A stretch of 64,000 bases of DNA, taken from positions 19,353,045-19,417,044 of the forward strand of contig NC_092680.1 in NCBI RefSeq assembly GCF_964355755.1. The letters are read 5' to 3'. This DNA comes from Antedon mediterranea. Its lineage: Eukaryota > Animalia > Echinodermata. The notes below the pieces were generated by a model. It ran no database searches. It was not told the origin of the DNA and saw only the letters and a program-made list of their open reading frames with translations. Both the position numbers and the translations under genes were made by a program. Numbering within the stretch: position 1 is the stretch's first letter; every line of letters begins with the position of its first letter. Shown here piece after piece: positions 24,763-37,789 of the stretch.

Positions 24763-26846
24763 ATGGCGTTTATTTCGTTACTTGGAATATATTCTGAAGT
24801 TACTCAACTGACAAACTTAGATCAATGGAAGACTCTACTTTCAATAATTGTTTGCATTTTATTATCAATCAATTATTGGAAACGTAACAAATCAAGCGTA
24901 CCACCTGGTCCGCGGGGATGGCCGTATATTGGAAACCTTCTGACATTATCAGGCGAAAGTCCTCATGAAACATTAACGGAGATGGCAAAAAGATATGGTA
25001 ACGTGATGGCATTGAAACTTGGTGTATTTCCTGTTGTCGTATTGAGTGACTATGAGAGCATCAAGGAGGCTTTTGTGAAATCTGGAGATAAGTTCAGCGA
25101 CAGACCAAAAATTTTGATTTTTGAAGGTTTCAACAAAGGACGAGGTGAGTCAAATTGACTGTCTTATGTGAATGAGTGATAGTGAAACCTATTTAAGCTA
25201 CTAAATAATTCTGATTGATTTGGTTTGTGAGTATAAATGTGGTCTTGTTTTCAGGAGAATCAATTAATCTTCCTCCTCACCCACCTACCGTAAAATACAT
25301 TGTTAAAGTTCAATAATTCATAACTATTTACTGATAATATCATCTAATCTTAGAGCATGTATCGTGGATACTGTTAGTATTAAAGTTATAATCTGTTTAA
25401 CGCGCTGTTTTTTTTTTATACAATTTATGATAGGTGTTATAGGCGCTTGTCACGAAAATGGACAAAAGGAACAACGGCGGTTTGCAATGTCAGTGCTTCG
25501 TGGTTTTGGTATGGGCAAAACAAGTTTCGAGGAAAAAATTAACAAAGAAATTGATATTTACATGGACCACATTAAGAAAACATACCGAAATAATGCCTTT
25601 GATCCAGCACACATTACCAATACTTCTGTTTCAAATGTGTTGACTTCAGTCCTCTATGGTCGTAGATTTAGTTATGATGACCCGTTACTACAAGAAATGT
25701 TGCGTATTGTTAATCGATGCGTAGAACTTGCGACCAATGCCAGTTCAATGAACTTTTTGCCCATTTTAAAATATTTTCCAAACACGACTTTTGCTGAATT
25801 CTGGAAGCTACATGTTAACTTAAAAGAAATTCAAGTAAACATTCTCAAAGAACATTTAGAAGATTATGATCCAGACAATCTTCGAGATTTCGTCGATATA
25901 TATATTAATGAAATTGCAAAGAATAAAGATAAAATGACTTCTTTTGACGAGTATAATCTGACATGTGTGACAACGGATTTATTCATTGCTGGATCTGAAA
26001 CCACAGCAACAACACTTCTCTGGGCAATTTTGTATATGTCTCTATATCCAGAGGTTCAACAGAAGGTTCAGAATGAACTTGATAAGGTGGTAGGAGCAGG
26101 CAATCATCCGACAAAAGCTCATATTCCACAGCTTCCTTACACTGATGCTGTGCTCTTGGAGATTCAGAGAATGGGAGCAATTACCCCTCTAGGTGTACCA
26201 CATGCAGCTACAATCGACACCACCTTCCGAGGTTATGACATTAAGAAAGGAACAATCTTTATCCCCAATATGTTTGCAGTTCTGCGAGATCCCAAAGTTT
26301 GGAAAAATCCAGATGTGTTCTGTCCAGAAAGATTCCTTGATGCAAATAATCAAGTAACTCGTCCAGAAGAATTCATTCCCTTTTGCATCGGTGAGTAATA
26401 AATAGGCCTATACATTTAATTTACTTTCAACAGTGCCTAAGAAACATTTTTACATGTAATTTCAAGGTTAATAAAAACATCTCCAAAACCAAATCTTTTA
26501 TACCATTTGAATTTTATTAAATAAAAGATATTTATTAAATAAGAGATACAGATTATTTACAAACGTACCATAGTCAATGCCGATTGCTTGGGGTTATTAT
26601 GTTGAAAGATACGGTAGAAGTTACAGAATAGAAAATAAATAATAACATACTTCAATTTTCCATTCAGGTCGTCGTGAGTGTCTAGGACAGCAATTGGCTA
26701 AAATGGAGTTGTATTTATTCTTTACAAATATCATGATGAATTTCAATATTACCAGGCCAGAAAACGCACCGGCTCCTAATTTAGGTGGAAAGTTGGCAGC
26801 AACACGAATACCTCACAGCTTTCAGATAATAGCAACACAAAGGTAG
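24763..26846 (+). CDS. Cytochrome P450, CYP2-like (copy B, 505 aa)
   Basis: Exons 24763-25144, 25434-26390, 26668-26846. AGSETT, EIQR, PERF, FCIG|RRECLG. Confidence 0.95.
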
Positions 26847-27283
26847 CCTATTGGAAAGAAAACGCGAGTAAGCTTCCAAAAGGAATCTCCGCAACATCGA
26901 AACAATATAAATTTCTTTTCAAAAGCGAAAAAGAAATTTTGCTTCATATGTTTGAAGACATGTTCTTGAATTAACCAATTAGATTTTGCGATATCAGTTT
27001 GCAAAATTTTACAACTTCCATTATTTATTTTTTTTTTTGCAAAATACAAAAAAAGGTTACAGCATAACGAATCTTCCATTATTATTGGAAAGAATGTTAA
27101 TTTGATCTGAAGGTGGTTGTGGTGGGATGTCGCGCTTTTTTCTTTTTGTGTTGGCAGGTGTATTGTTTCAAGCTTTTTTTCCCTTCTGTCTTGTTGTATT
27201 TTGTATATGAAATATGAAAGTGGAAAAAACAAAGCCATATACATGGCTGCAGTCGCGTGCTCAAATTTAAGTTGGTGTTTATC

Positions 27284-28860
27284 GACCGACCAACGGGAAG
27301 GTGGAGGAGTTGCTGTGTACTTAAACAACGAGATGACTACTAATAAGTTGAGACCAGATCTTAAGAATGAAAATTTGGAAATGTCTATTATTGAAATTAA
27401 ACAACTAAATTCAAAACTATTCCTCCTTTTATCATGGTATAAACCCCCAAATTCTGATATGCAGATCTTTGATAAAATAGAAGAGGTACTAGAGAATGTT
27501 GAAAGTACAAATTTAGAATATATCATAATGGGGATGTAAATTGTCACCCTCATTCTAAAAACCTATCTTGTTATACTAAAAAAATTAATTGATATTGCTA
27601 AAAATGTTCATATTTACACAACAGTTCTTAATAGGATCTCCAAATCAGGTGTATTACATACAGGTATTAGTGACCATTCTGCTATCTATGTAATTGTTAG
27701 TAAACAAGAAAAGTGTAAAGCTCATAATCATAAATACAAAACAGGTAGAAACTACAAACATTTTAATGAAAATTAATTTAAAAAGGATACTGAAAAAATA
27801 AACTGGCAAAAAATTTATAATGATATTGATGACGCTATATATTTTTTTGAAACTAACTTTCTTTAAATTGCTAATGATTATGCCCCGCTAAAAAAGAAGG
27901 TGCGAAACAAAACTATTCCTTGTCTAACAGATGATCTAGTTAGGTCAGTGCGTAAGCGTGACGTACTAAGAAAGAAAGCATTTAAAACTAACACACCTGA
28001 ACTGTGGGCTCAATAAAAACAAGGTAAAATTAAGGTAAATGTAAAAAGAATGTAAAACAGAATATTTTTCTAAACAATTAGATACAAAGGATTCAAAGAA
28101 AATATGGGAAACTTTAAGATATATTGTTCCAACAAAGAGTATAAATACAGAAATATCCAACATAAAAAACAAGTGATAATAAATTAACAGCAGATTCTTC
28201 TAAAATAGCCAACAATTTAAACAAATATTTTTTTAAAATAGGACCTGACCTGTATTCCGCCAGAAATTCCTAGATTACTTATTGAAGATAATACTAATCA
28301 AAGCAGGGATCCACTTAAATTTAGTTTTGTAAACCAATAATACATTTATGAACAATTAAACGCACTCTCTGTAAGTGAAGCAACAGGCTTCCAGCTAAAA
28401 TGCTCAAGTTGGTAATTGATCAAATCGTTGGACCTCTCACTTATTTGGTAAATCTTTTACTCTCAACTAGTACTTTTCCGAAAAGATGGAAAGGTGCCCA
28501 ATTTTTAAAGAGGGAGAAGGGGACAGAAGCTATAGCAATTATAGACCCATATCAATTTTATTTATTCTTTCTAAAATTATCGAGAGGGTTGTATTTGATC
28601 AGGCCTATCAATTTATTAACTAAAAAAATATGATTTATGCTTACCAATCCGGATTTCGTCCTAATTTCTCAACTGTATCTTCATTATTAAATATTACAGA
28701 AGAGTGGATAAATGATATTGATTGTGGGAAGTATATATATTGGTTTAGTCATGCTTGATTAAAAAAAATCTTTGGATACGGTAGACCATACCATACTTAT
28801 AGACAAGCTTAAATCATTTAACTCATGTCTCTATTATGGTTTAAAAACTACCTTTGTGAT
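27284..28860 (+). pseudogene. Decayed CR1/L2-group LINE ORF2 (APE endonuclease + RT)
   Basis: EGGGVAVY, WYKPPNS, IIMGDVN, TGISDHS, NYRPISIL..SKIIER, YQSGFRP and DTVDH motifs, broken by frameshifts and stops. Confidence 0.85.
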
Positions 28861-28861
28861 C

Positions 28862-29281
28862 AAATAATACACCACGAAAAACACCCAAAATATAATAGTT
28901 TGGTATTTTATAGCAGCTGTAGTTGTATTTATATATAATTATTCTAATACTTCACGTCTTACTTCTATTAGTTACCAATTCATATTTTATCATTGAAATG
29001 TTTTAAACTGCCGATTGAATGACAGACTTCAACGTGCATGTCCCTCTCATGCACGTTGTCACTTTCTGATGCGCACCGTAGATTAATATTTACACAGCAC
29101 AAATCCCATATCCAGTCATGCTTCAATTTTTTAGCTTACAGATATTTCAAAGTGAAGAAATACTTATATCAATGGCCAAAAAAATGGCCGAATTTTATTA
29201 TACTTACTTATCCATGCAAATTAGTATATAACCACATATAAATGCAGAAAAAGACCCATGCGGAGGACGGGTAATAGCTAG
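28862..29281 (+). mobile_element. Helitron-like fragment (3' end)
   Basis: Imperfect hairpin ACCCATGCGGAGGACGGGT followed by CTAG|T at 29278-29282. 5' boundary uncertain. Confidence 0.4.
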
Positions 29282-29394
29282 TAGTTTTAATGTTTTTTTA
29301 AATTTCTGCCAAAAAGGGTAAAGACTGTAGATATTTGTTTATATGCATTATATATATAGGTCTGGTGAAAAAGAATTGTTAGAAATTGTTTTTG

Positions 29395-29727
29395 TCCCGT
29401 TAATATGAGAGTAAACCCGTTCAAAGATGAGGTGTTTGCTAAACAATGCGCTCAAAGTGTCAACATAAATCTCTATTCATAGGTTTGATCTCTAGGTTTA
29501 AATTAGTTTACGTCACTAATATAACAGATTATGATTGGTCAGTGGTTTACAATTAAATTATGATTGGTTAGAAATCTCAGTATTGTGGAAAAATTATTGA
29601 TGACGATGAGAAAACTTCTCGAAAAAGACATACATTTCTTTTCACAATGGCGTTTATTTCGTTACTTGGAATATATTCTGAAGTTACTCAACTGAAAAAC
29701 TTAAATCAATGGATGCTAGATCTCTAG
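29395..29727 (+). pseudogene. Truncated duplicate of the CYP-B promoter and first 22 codons
   Basis: Aligns to 24512-24830; ATG at 29647 gives MAFISLLGIYSEVTQLKNLNQWMLDL*. Confidence 0.85.
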
Positions 29728-29880
29728 CTAGAAATTAGTTTACGTCATTAGGTTATGATTGATCAGTGGGTTGCAATATTAAATTGTGATTGGTTAGAAA
29801 TTTCGTTATTGGTTATATAAACTTGAATAGCGTGGACATAGTTCATTGATGATTATGATTTTATACTATCTCTTTTCACA

Positions 29881-31969
29881 ATGGCGTTTATTTCGTTGCT
29901 TGGAATATCTTCTGATATTACTCAACTGGAACTGTTACAACTGCAATTGAAGTCTCTTTTGCTTCCAATAATTATTTGCATATTATTATCAATTAATTAT
30001 TGGAAACGTAACACATTAAGCGTACCACCTGGTCCGCGAGGATGGCCGTATATTGGAAACCTTCTGACATTATCAGGCGAAAGTCCTCATGAAACATTAA
30101 TGGAGATGGCAAAAAGATATGGAAGCGTGATGGCATTGAAACTTGGTGTATTTCCAGTTTTCGTATTGAGTGACTATGAGAGCATCAGAGAAGCTTTTGT
30201 AAAATCAGGAGATACGTTCAGTGACAGACCAAAGATTGCGGTTTTTGAAGGTTTCAACAAAGGACGAGGTGAGTAAAATTTTTCAGTCTCAGGTGAATGA
30301 GTGATGGTGAAACCTATTTACGCTACTAAATAATTCCGATTGATTTGGTTTGCGAGGATAAATGTGGTATTCCGGTTATTATGGGAATCAATTATTTATC
30401 CTTATCCACCTTCATTACCGTACATCATTCAATAAATTCACCATTCACTGATAATACAATATCGTCTAATCTAAGAGCAAATATTGTGATTAACCTGGTC
30501 AACTTTAGTTGATTAATTTTAACGAGCTGATTTTTTTAAAACTTATGATAAGGTGTTCTTGGCGCTTTTCACAAAAATGGACAAAAGGAACAACGGCGGT
30601 TTGCAATGGCTGTCCTTCGTGGTTTTGGTATGGGCAAAACAAGTTTCGAGGGGAAAATTAACGAAGAAATTTATATGTACATTGACCATATCAAGAAAAC
30701 ATATCGAAATAATGCCTTTGATCCAGCACATATTACCAATACTTCTGTTTCAAATGTGTTGACTTCAGTCCTCTATGGTCGTAGATTTAGTTATGATGAC
30801 CCGTTACTACAAGAAATGTTGCGTATTACAAATCGATGCGTAGAACTAGCAACCAATGCAAGTTCAATGAACTTTTTGCCCATTCTAAAATATTTTCCAA
30901 ATACAAGTTTTGCTGAATTCTGGAAGTTACATGTAAATTTAAAAGAAATTCAAGTAAACATTCTCAAAGAACATTTAGAGGATTATGATCCAGACAATCT
31001 CCGTGACTTCATCGACATATATATAAATGAAATTGAAAAGAATAAGGATAAAAGGACATCTTTTGACGAGGGTAATCTGACATGTGTGGCAACGGATTTA
31101 TTCGTTGCTGGATCTGAAACAACAGCAACAACACTCCTCTGGGCGATGCTGTACATGTCTCTATATCCAGAGATTCAGCAGAAGGTTCACGATGAACTTG
31201 ATCAGGTGGTAGGAGCAGGCAACCATCCAACAAAAGCTCATATTCCACAGCTTCCTTACACCGATGCTGTTCTCTTGGAGATTCAGAGAATGGGAGCAAT
31301 TACCCCTCTAGGTATACCACATGCAGCTACAACCGACACCACCTTTCGAGGTTATGACATTAAGAAAGGAACAATCTTTATCTCCAATATATTTGCAGTT
31401 CTGCGAGATCCCAAAGTTTGGAAAAATCCAGATGTTTTCTGTCCAGAAAGATTCCTTGATGAAAATAACCAAGTAACTCGTCGAGAAGAATTCATTCCAT
31501 TTTGCATCGGTGAGTAAAACATAAATGTTATTTAATTAATGCTTTCAAAGTGCTTAAGAAAATGTTTTACAGATAATTTAAAGGTTAATACAAAACATCT
31601 TCAAGATCAAGTCTTAACTGTTATTAAAAAAAAGATGTTTATTAAAATAATAAGAGAAAATGGATATATTTACAAATTTAAAATGCGTTAAAGCCGATTC
31701 CTTAATGTTGGAATGTTGAAAGATAAAAGTTACAGAATAGAAAATAAATAATAACACACTTTATCTCTTTTTCAACAGGTCGTCGCGAGTGTCTCGGGCA
31801 GCAATTGGCTAAAATGGAGCTGTATTTATTCTTTACAAATATCATGATGAATTTCAATATTACCAGGCCAGAAAACGCTCCAACTCCTAATTTACGTGGA
31901 AAAATAGCAGCAACACGAGTGCCTCACAGCTTTCAGATAATAGCAACACCAAGGTACACGCATGGTTGA
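29881..31969 (+). CDS. Cytochrome P450, CYP2-like (copy C, 511 aa)
   Basis: Exons 29881-30268, 30553-31509, 31779-31969. I-helix, ExxR, PERF and heme motifs intact; tandem paralogue of copy B with alignable introns. Confidence 0.93.
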
Positions 31970-32202
31970 CTAATGGAAAGGAAACGCGAGTAAGCTTCCA
32001 CAAGGAATCTGTTGATATTAGTAAAATAGAAAGAATAAAAACATTTAATTAATGAGATGCATGGTGAAAGCAAAACACGTTTTAAAAACATGCTATCTTT
32101 TTACTAATATATACAAGTAACTTATATCATGAACAAAACCATTATTATTACTAAGGTACATAACCATTCCTGTTACTAACGATTACCTTTACACATTCAG
32201 TG

Positions 32203-32316
32203 TTTTTAGTTGCGTGGACGCGACTCTATAGTTCACTATGTCGGTCGGTCGGTCTGTCTGTCGGTCCGGTATCACTATGCGTTTTAGCACGCGACTTATG
32301 GCTGTTGGCCTTGTTT
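32203..32316 (+). mobile_element. Short HINE/DINE-1-like (Helentron-associated) element
   Basis: T-rich start, repeated ACGCGACT, internal (GTCG/GTCT)n microsatellite, 3' GGCTGTTGGCC stem followed by TTGTTT. Confidence 0.5.
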
Positions 32317-33182
32317 TTAATGAAGTAAATGGTTGGACATAGGCACTTCTAATTTTCCACACGCCTCGTTACTCCATTTTTCAATTTCAATATTTACATA
32401 AAATTACTTTTACAAATTATATATTACATTATATCCGATTTAATGTTCTCTTTGCAAAAACGAAAAAGAAACTTTGCCTCATGTTACATTGCAATTGTGC
32501 TTGAAGTAACATGAATAATGTTATTAAATTAACCAACACATTTAGCTTTAGCTTTTTGTCAAATGTCATAAATTCCATTATTTTGTAATGTAGGAGCTTG
32601 TAAATTTAAATGTTTAGATTAGTTTAAGTTGTATAAAAGAATTTGTTCGGATGATAATAAAAAATAGATACATTATCTAGAATTGGCCAATAAATGGTAA
32701 GGCTTATTAAAAATATATATTATTTAATACTGACCTTAACTGCTTATACTGTAGAATCCAATATATGTATTCAAACTTTGAAAAGGAGTGGTAAGGTAGA
32801 CTTAACTATAATAATAACGCTATAAAATCGCGTTAAATTTATTCTTTGTACATAGACATTTGATAGAATTTAAATGATAATGGGTGTTGTGGCGCAAGTC
32901 TGGCTCTTGTTATCTTAAAAACGTGGGCCTCATCGGGAGGCGCGACAGGGGTGGAGGTTGGAATAGAATGACAAACTATGGTAGTATAAATTATCATTGC
33001 TATTTTAAAATTGTACTTTGTTTTGTTTTAAAATTAAAATTACACATACTCTAACAATCTAAACATCTGAGGAGTGAAGTATAGTCCCTAATACTGTATT
33101 AGGCCTATATACTTTGCTACACCATGAACAGCCTATAACAAAATCATTATACTGTACTACTGTACATCACAGTTACACTAAC

Positions 33183-33213
<31 letters not shown>

Positions 33214-33300
33214 TTGTATAGCGCACATTTATACAACATTTAATTATAATCAGCGGCGCTTCACATTAATTAGTATCGTAACATTGTTTGAAATATAGTG
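33183..33300 (-). mobile_element. Retroposon 3' end with (TAA)n tail
   Basis: Minus strand TGTGAAGCGC...GCGCTATACAAG followed by ~10 TAA repeats. Confidence 0.5.
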
Positions 33301-34095
33301 CTTTTAAATGTTTTTTAAACTTATGACCACAAACAATTAAAAAAGAGCAAAACTTACCTTAAATGCCATCTATACTGGCCCTTGACTTCTTTGATTTAAG
33401 TTTTTTTCTATCACAAATATTAAGCCTAACGTACCGTGCATCAATCTTAGTACCCCAGCTACTCTACGGGTGAAATACGACCAAGAGGTATGACACGTTC
33501 ACATATCTCGATACACCTGACATAGTATGCAAATTAGGGTTATGCAATCCGTGTCATTCATTTATTTTTTAGAAGTTAGACTAAACTTAATGGGTCGTTT
33601 ACACTAAGACGATAAAAATAAACAATAATATATAGATTTTGTCCTCAGAAAACAAAAAAGAAATTAGAAAGGTTTTCATCCTTGAAATATAAAATAAATA
33701 CAGTCTTTAATGAAAATATATATTTTTTAAATTGACGTCATGATGAATAAGATTGTAATTGTTTGTAACTACTGTGACGTGGAATAGCTTTGCTACGTCA
33801 GGGTGTTGAGTAATTGCTCAAAATTATTATTGATGTACAAATTACGTCGGAGTAGGGCAAAACATCTGACCAATGATGAATTAGAAATTGATAAAATGGT
33901 ACGATTTCAATCTGATCGGAGTTGTCAATATGGAATGTCCATCGAAGTTAATAATATATGAATAGTTACTCTAGTTCAAGGATGACAAATTTTCTATCTT
34001 TTGTTTTTAGCAGCGAACAATAAAATCGTAACGATACAACGATTTTATTGTTCCTATTGTATCATTTGATCGTACTTAAATATTTTCATCAAAGA

Positions 34096-34512
34096 CTGTT
34101 TCTGCTGCATAAAAAAATAACCGGTTAAAATCGGTGTGAATAAAATAACTTAATTTTCTTGGGAGCAGAAACAGGACAAATTTGTTGTAACAGGTTAAAA
34201 GGCAGCGCAAAATAACCGGTTAAAAACACCCAGTGTGTTAGAACGTCATTTAACCGGTTATCACTGGGCAATTTTTTGCTGCAACACGAAATAACGGTTA
34301 TTTTATTGACAGCTGCTGACCCCGAGTCAACTACACGGCCGGCAATAACGTTTGAATTAACCGCCAGTACCAATTGCATTCTGGGTAATTCTAACGATTT
34401 TTGTCAACGACCACCCATTGATTTAACCTGTTATTTTGGAGCAGAAACGCGGTCTTGTTATTTTAATCCATTTTAAAATAAACGGTTAATTTGCGTTATG
34501 CAGCAGAAACAG
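34096..34512. mobile_element. ~400-bp MITE (family M3)
   Basis: TIR CTGTTTCTGCTGCATAA / TTATGCAGCAGAAACAG with internal AACCGGTT repeats; homologue at 51151-51541. Confidence 0.75.
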
Positions 34513-34948
34513 AAGTGTTACTCTCCAGTTCAAGGATGACAACTTTTCTGATATCTTTTGTTTTCAACAGGAAAAATGTTCATTTATCTATTTATCGTTT
34601 TTGTGTATTATGCGTAGTAAAAACGAAGGATTTCTATATTAAGTTCATTAAACTATACTACAGCGCCATCAATTTTTTTTATTGGTTGACAATTTAAAAA
34701 AACAAGAATACATACTAATGTAATTTTGTATAACGTTATTTACTTTCACTAAATGGGAGGCCTTTTTAATTATACAAGCCGTTAATATTTTTATTCTATC
34801 TATTTCTATTTTGGACCAACAAATAATAGTGTAACACAATAAAAAGTATTATATCAAATGTTGTTATATTAAATAGGCCTAATGTAAAGTTTTGTTTTTG
34901 CTTCCTTTTTCCTTTTCCTTTACTGGGGCCTCAGACAGACATCATATT

Positions 34949-37045
34949 CTACTGATGGCGCTGTATTAGTATTACTTCAAAATTGTCCGGAATTCTTGTT
35001 GCTCCAATTTTACTGCGTTTGTCAGGCCCTGGTTGAGTATCTGACCAGTTGATCTTGAAATTCATCATTATATTGGTGAAAAATAACAATAGCTCTGTGT
35101 TAGCTAGCTGTTCACCTATGCAAGAACGACGACCTGTAAACAAGTACGTTATACTGTAATTATTATACATGATTTCAAAATATAAATGGAAATTTGTATC
35201 AGCATTTTGCTTCCTTAATGATGTATTGTCCTCCTGGAAAAACAATTTTATTTAATCTACAGTTTTTCTGAGACAATAGATCTTAAATTATTTTTTTTAT
35301 AAAAGATAATTGTACATTGATATCTGTATCTCTACTTGTTATTTATGAAATATATCAAATTGTAACCCAATTTCCATTAAGTAATAAAATGAACATTGCT
35401 CTCTTACCAATACCAAACGGGATCAATTCTTCTCGTCGAATTACTTGATTGTTGTCGTCCAAGAAGCGTTCTGGATAAAATGTGTAAGGTTCTTTCCAAA
35501 CATTGGCATCACGTAGTACAGCGAATAGATTCGGCATGATAATCGTTCCTTTCTTGATATCATAACCTCTGAAAGTTGTGTCGGCCGTAGCGGCATGTGG
35601 TACTGCCATAGGACCAATCGCTCCCATTCTTTGGATCTCCATAAGAACAGCATCGGTGTAAGGAAGCTGTGGAACATGAGCTTTTGTTGGATGGTTTCCT
35701 GCTCCTACCACCTGATCAAGTTCATCCTGAACCTTCTGTTGAACCTCTGGATGCTTAGACATGTACATCATTGCCCAGAGGAGTGTGGTTGATGTGGTTT
35801 CAGATCCAGCCAAGAATAAATCTCCAATAACGTGAGTCATGTTATCTTCATCGAAACAAAATCGTCCTTTCGATCTCTCGATTTCAGCTCTGTAAACATC
35901 TATGAAGTCACGAGGATTGTCTGGGTCGTAATCTTTCCAATGGTCTTCGAAGATTTCTCTCGTGAACTCGTTAAAATTTGTTGTACAACTTACAACATCA
36001 TCGAATTCTTTATGTGGAAAGTACTGCAGAAAAGGAACAAAATTCAAAGGTGTAACAGCGGTAGCAATTTGTATACGTTTTTCAATGAAGTGGAGCATTC
36101 TCAAAAACTTTTCATCGTTGTAGTTATATCGACGACCGAATACGATTGAGCATGTGATATTTGAGACAGCTACACCGAGAATATTTGCCGGATTCAATGA
36201 GACATTGGATAGCTCTTTCTTGATGTGATCAACGAATATATCAATTTCATCGTTAATCTTTTCTTCGAAACTTGTTTTGCCCATACCAAAACCACGAAGC
36301 ACAGACATTGCAAACCGCCGTTGTTCCTTTTGTGCATTTTCGTGATAAGCGCCAATCAAACCTTTTGAAACAAAAGTGAATTTATTAGAAACTGGTGTTT
36401 AATTCTGTTCATTAGCTGACTTCTCCAAATTATTAGCCATGGACAATCAAGATAATAATGATGGCTAACTTAAAGAGGACGACTTGCTGTTTCGCTGATA
36501 TACTGGGTTACTATTGTTATAGCTTTCATGGTGAGAGACTATCTAACAATAAATATTTGCTATTAAACGACAGTCGATTTCTTTTGCTGTTACTGTATCT
36601 TTAAGTAAATAGAATTACGTGGTGTCACTTAAAGTACGGTATACTTAGGACTACACTCATTATCACTAGAATACATTTAAAAAGAATAAAACGATCACAT
36701 ACCTCGTCCATGATTTAAATAATCAAGGATAACCATTCTTGGTCTGTCGCTGAACTTGTCTCCAGATTTGACTAAAGCTTCTCTGATACTCTCGTAGTCA
36801 CTCAATACGACGACTGGAAATACACCAAGTTGTAGTCCCATTACATTGCCATATTTTCTTGCCAGTTTTGTTATTGTTTCGTGTGGAGGATAACTTCCTA
36901 AAGACAGCAGATGGCCTACTAATGGCCATCCTGGTGGCCCTGGCGGAAAATTGGATCGTACGCGTCTACGATACAAAATTGACACAAAAAAGAACACTAT
37001 TATTCCAAGCAAGGCTGATTTCAAGTCAAAGTAGGAGAACAACAT
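34949..37045 (-). CDS. Cytochrome P450, CYP2-like (copy D, 493 aa)
   Basis: Exons 37045-36703, 36361-35408, 35133-34949. AGSETT, EIQR, PERF, FGIG|RRSCIG. Confidence 0.95.
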
Positions 37046-37789
37046 GTCAGTACGTTTGTAATAACTTCACATTCACAAGAAAATAAGAGAGCGACAGTCA
37101 ACATCGGAAGGAAATAAGCATAATTGCTTCATAGTGAAGTAACCTTTGTTCTTTTATTATCAACATTATAATAAAGGTAAATAGAACTACAGGCTAGTGC
37201 TGCTATCAAGTATGTCATTACATGTAACCTCGGAAACCTCAAGATATTCTCAACCCTATTTTCTTTTGGGAAGCACGTGACATGGTGTAAACGTAACTTT
37301 ACTAGTGTCTATTCACCATGCAAACCTTAAAACAAATGTTATTTTATTTTTGCAGTACAGTAATGCAGCACTTCATTTTTACAATTAGTCCAGTTCCGTA
37401 TGTCAAAAAAGTGCATTCAAGTGCAAATCAAGGGGAAAGTGTAAACATTGTGTTTTATATATTTGAAGCATGCTGATTATAAAAATCCATGTTGCCAAAT
37501 TTCTAAAATTCATCTTCGACTCCTGACCTTAATTTGAAAATGTTGACCCATTGCAAAGAAAATGGTAATATATTCGTAACGCTTTATAAGGCATATATTA
37601 TACAAGCCATTAATATATTTATTTTGTATAGTCTTATTTTTGACCAACAATAATGTAACACAATAAAAAGAGAGTAATATATTAAATGTTGCTATATAAA
37701 ATTATGTAAAGTTATGTTTTTGCTTCCTTTCTTCTTATCCTTTGCTGGGGTATCATAAAAATGAAGGCTTACACAGACATTATAATATT

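Noticed and set aside
26822-27553. 243-aa minus-strand ORF
   Set aside because: Antisense to a decayed LINE endonuclease region and the CYP-B 3' end; no recognisable protein features.
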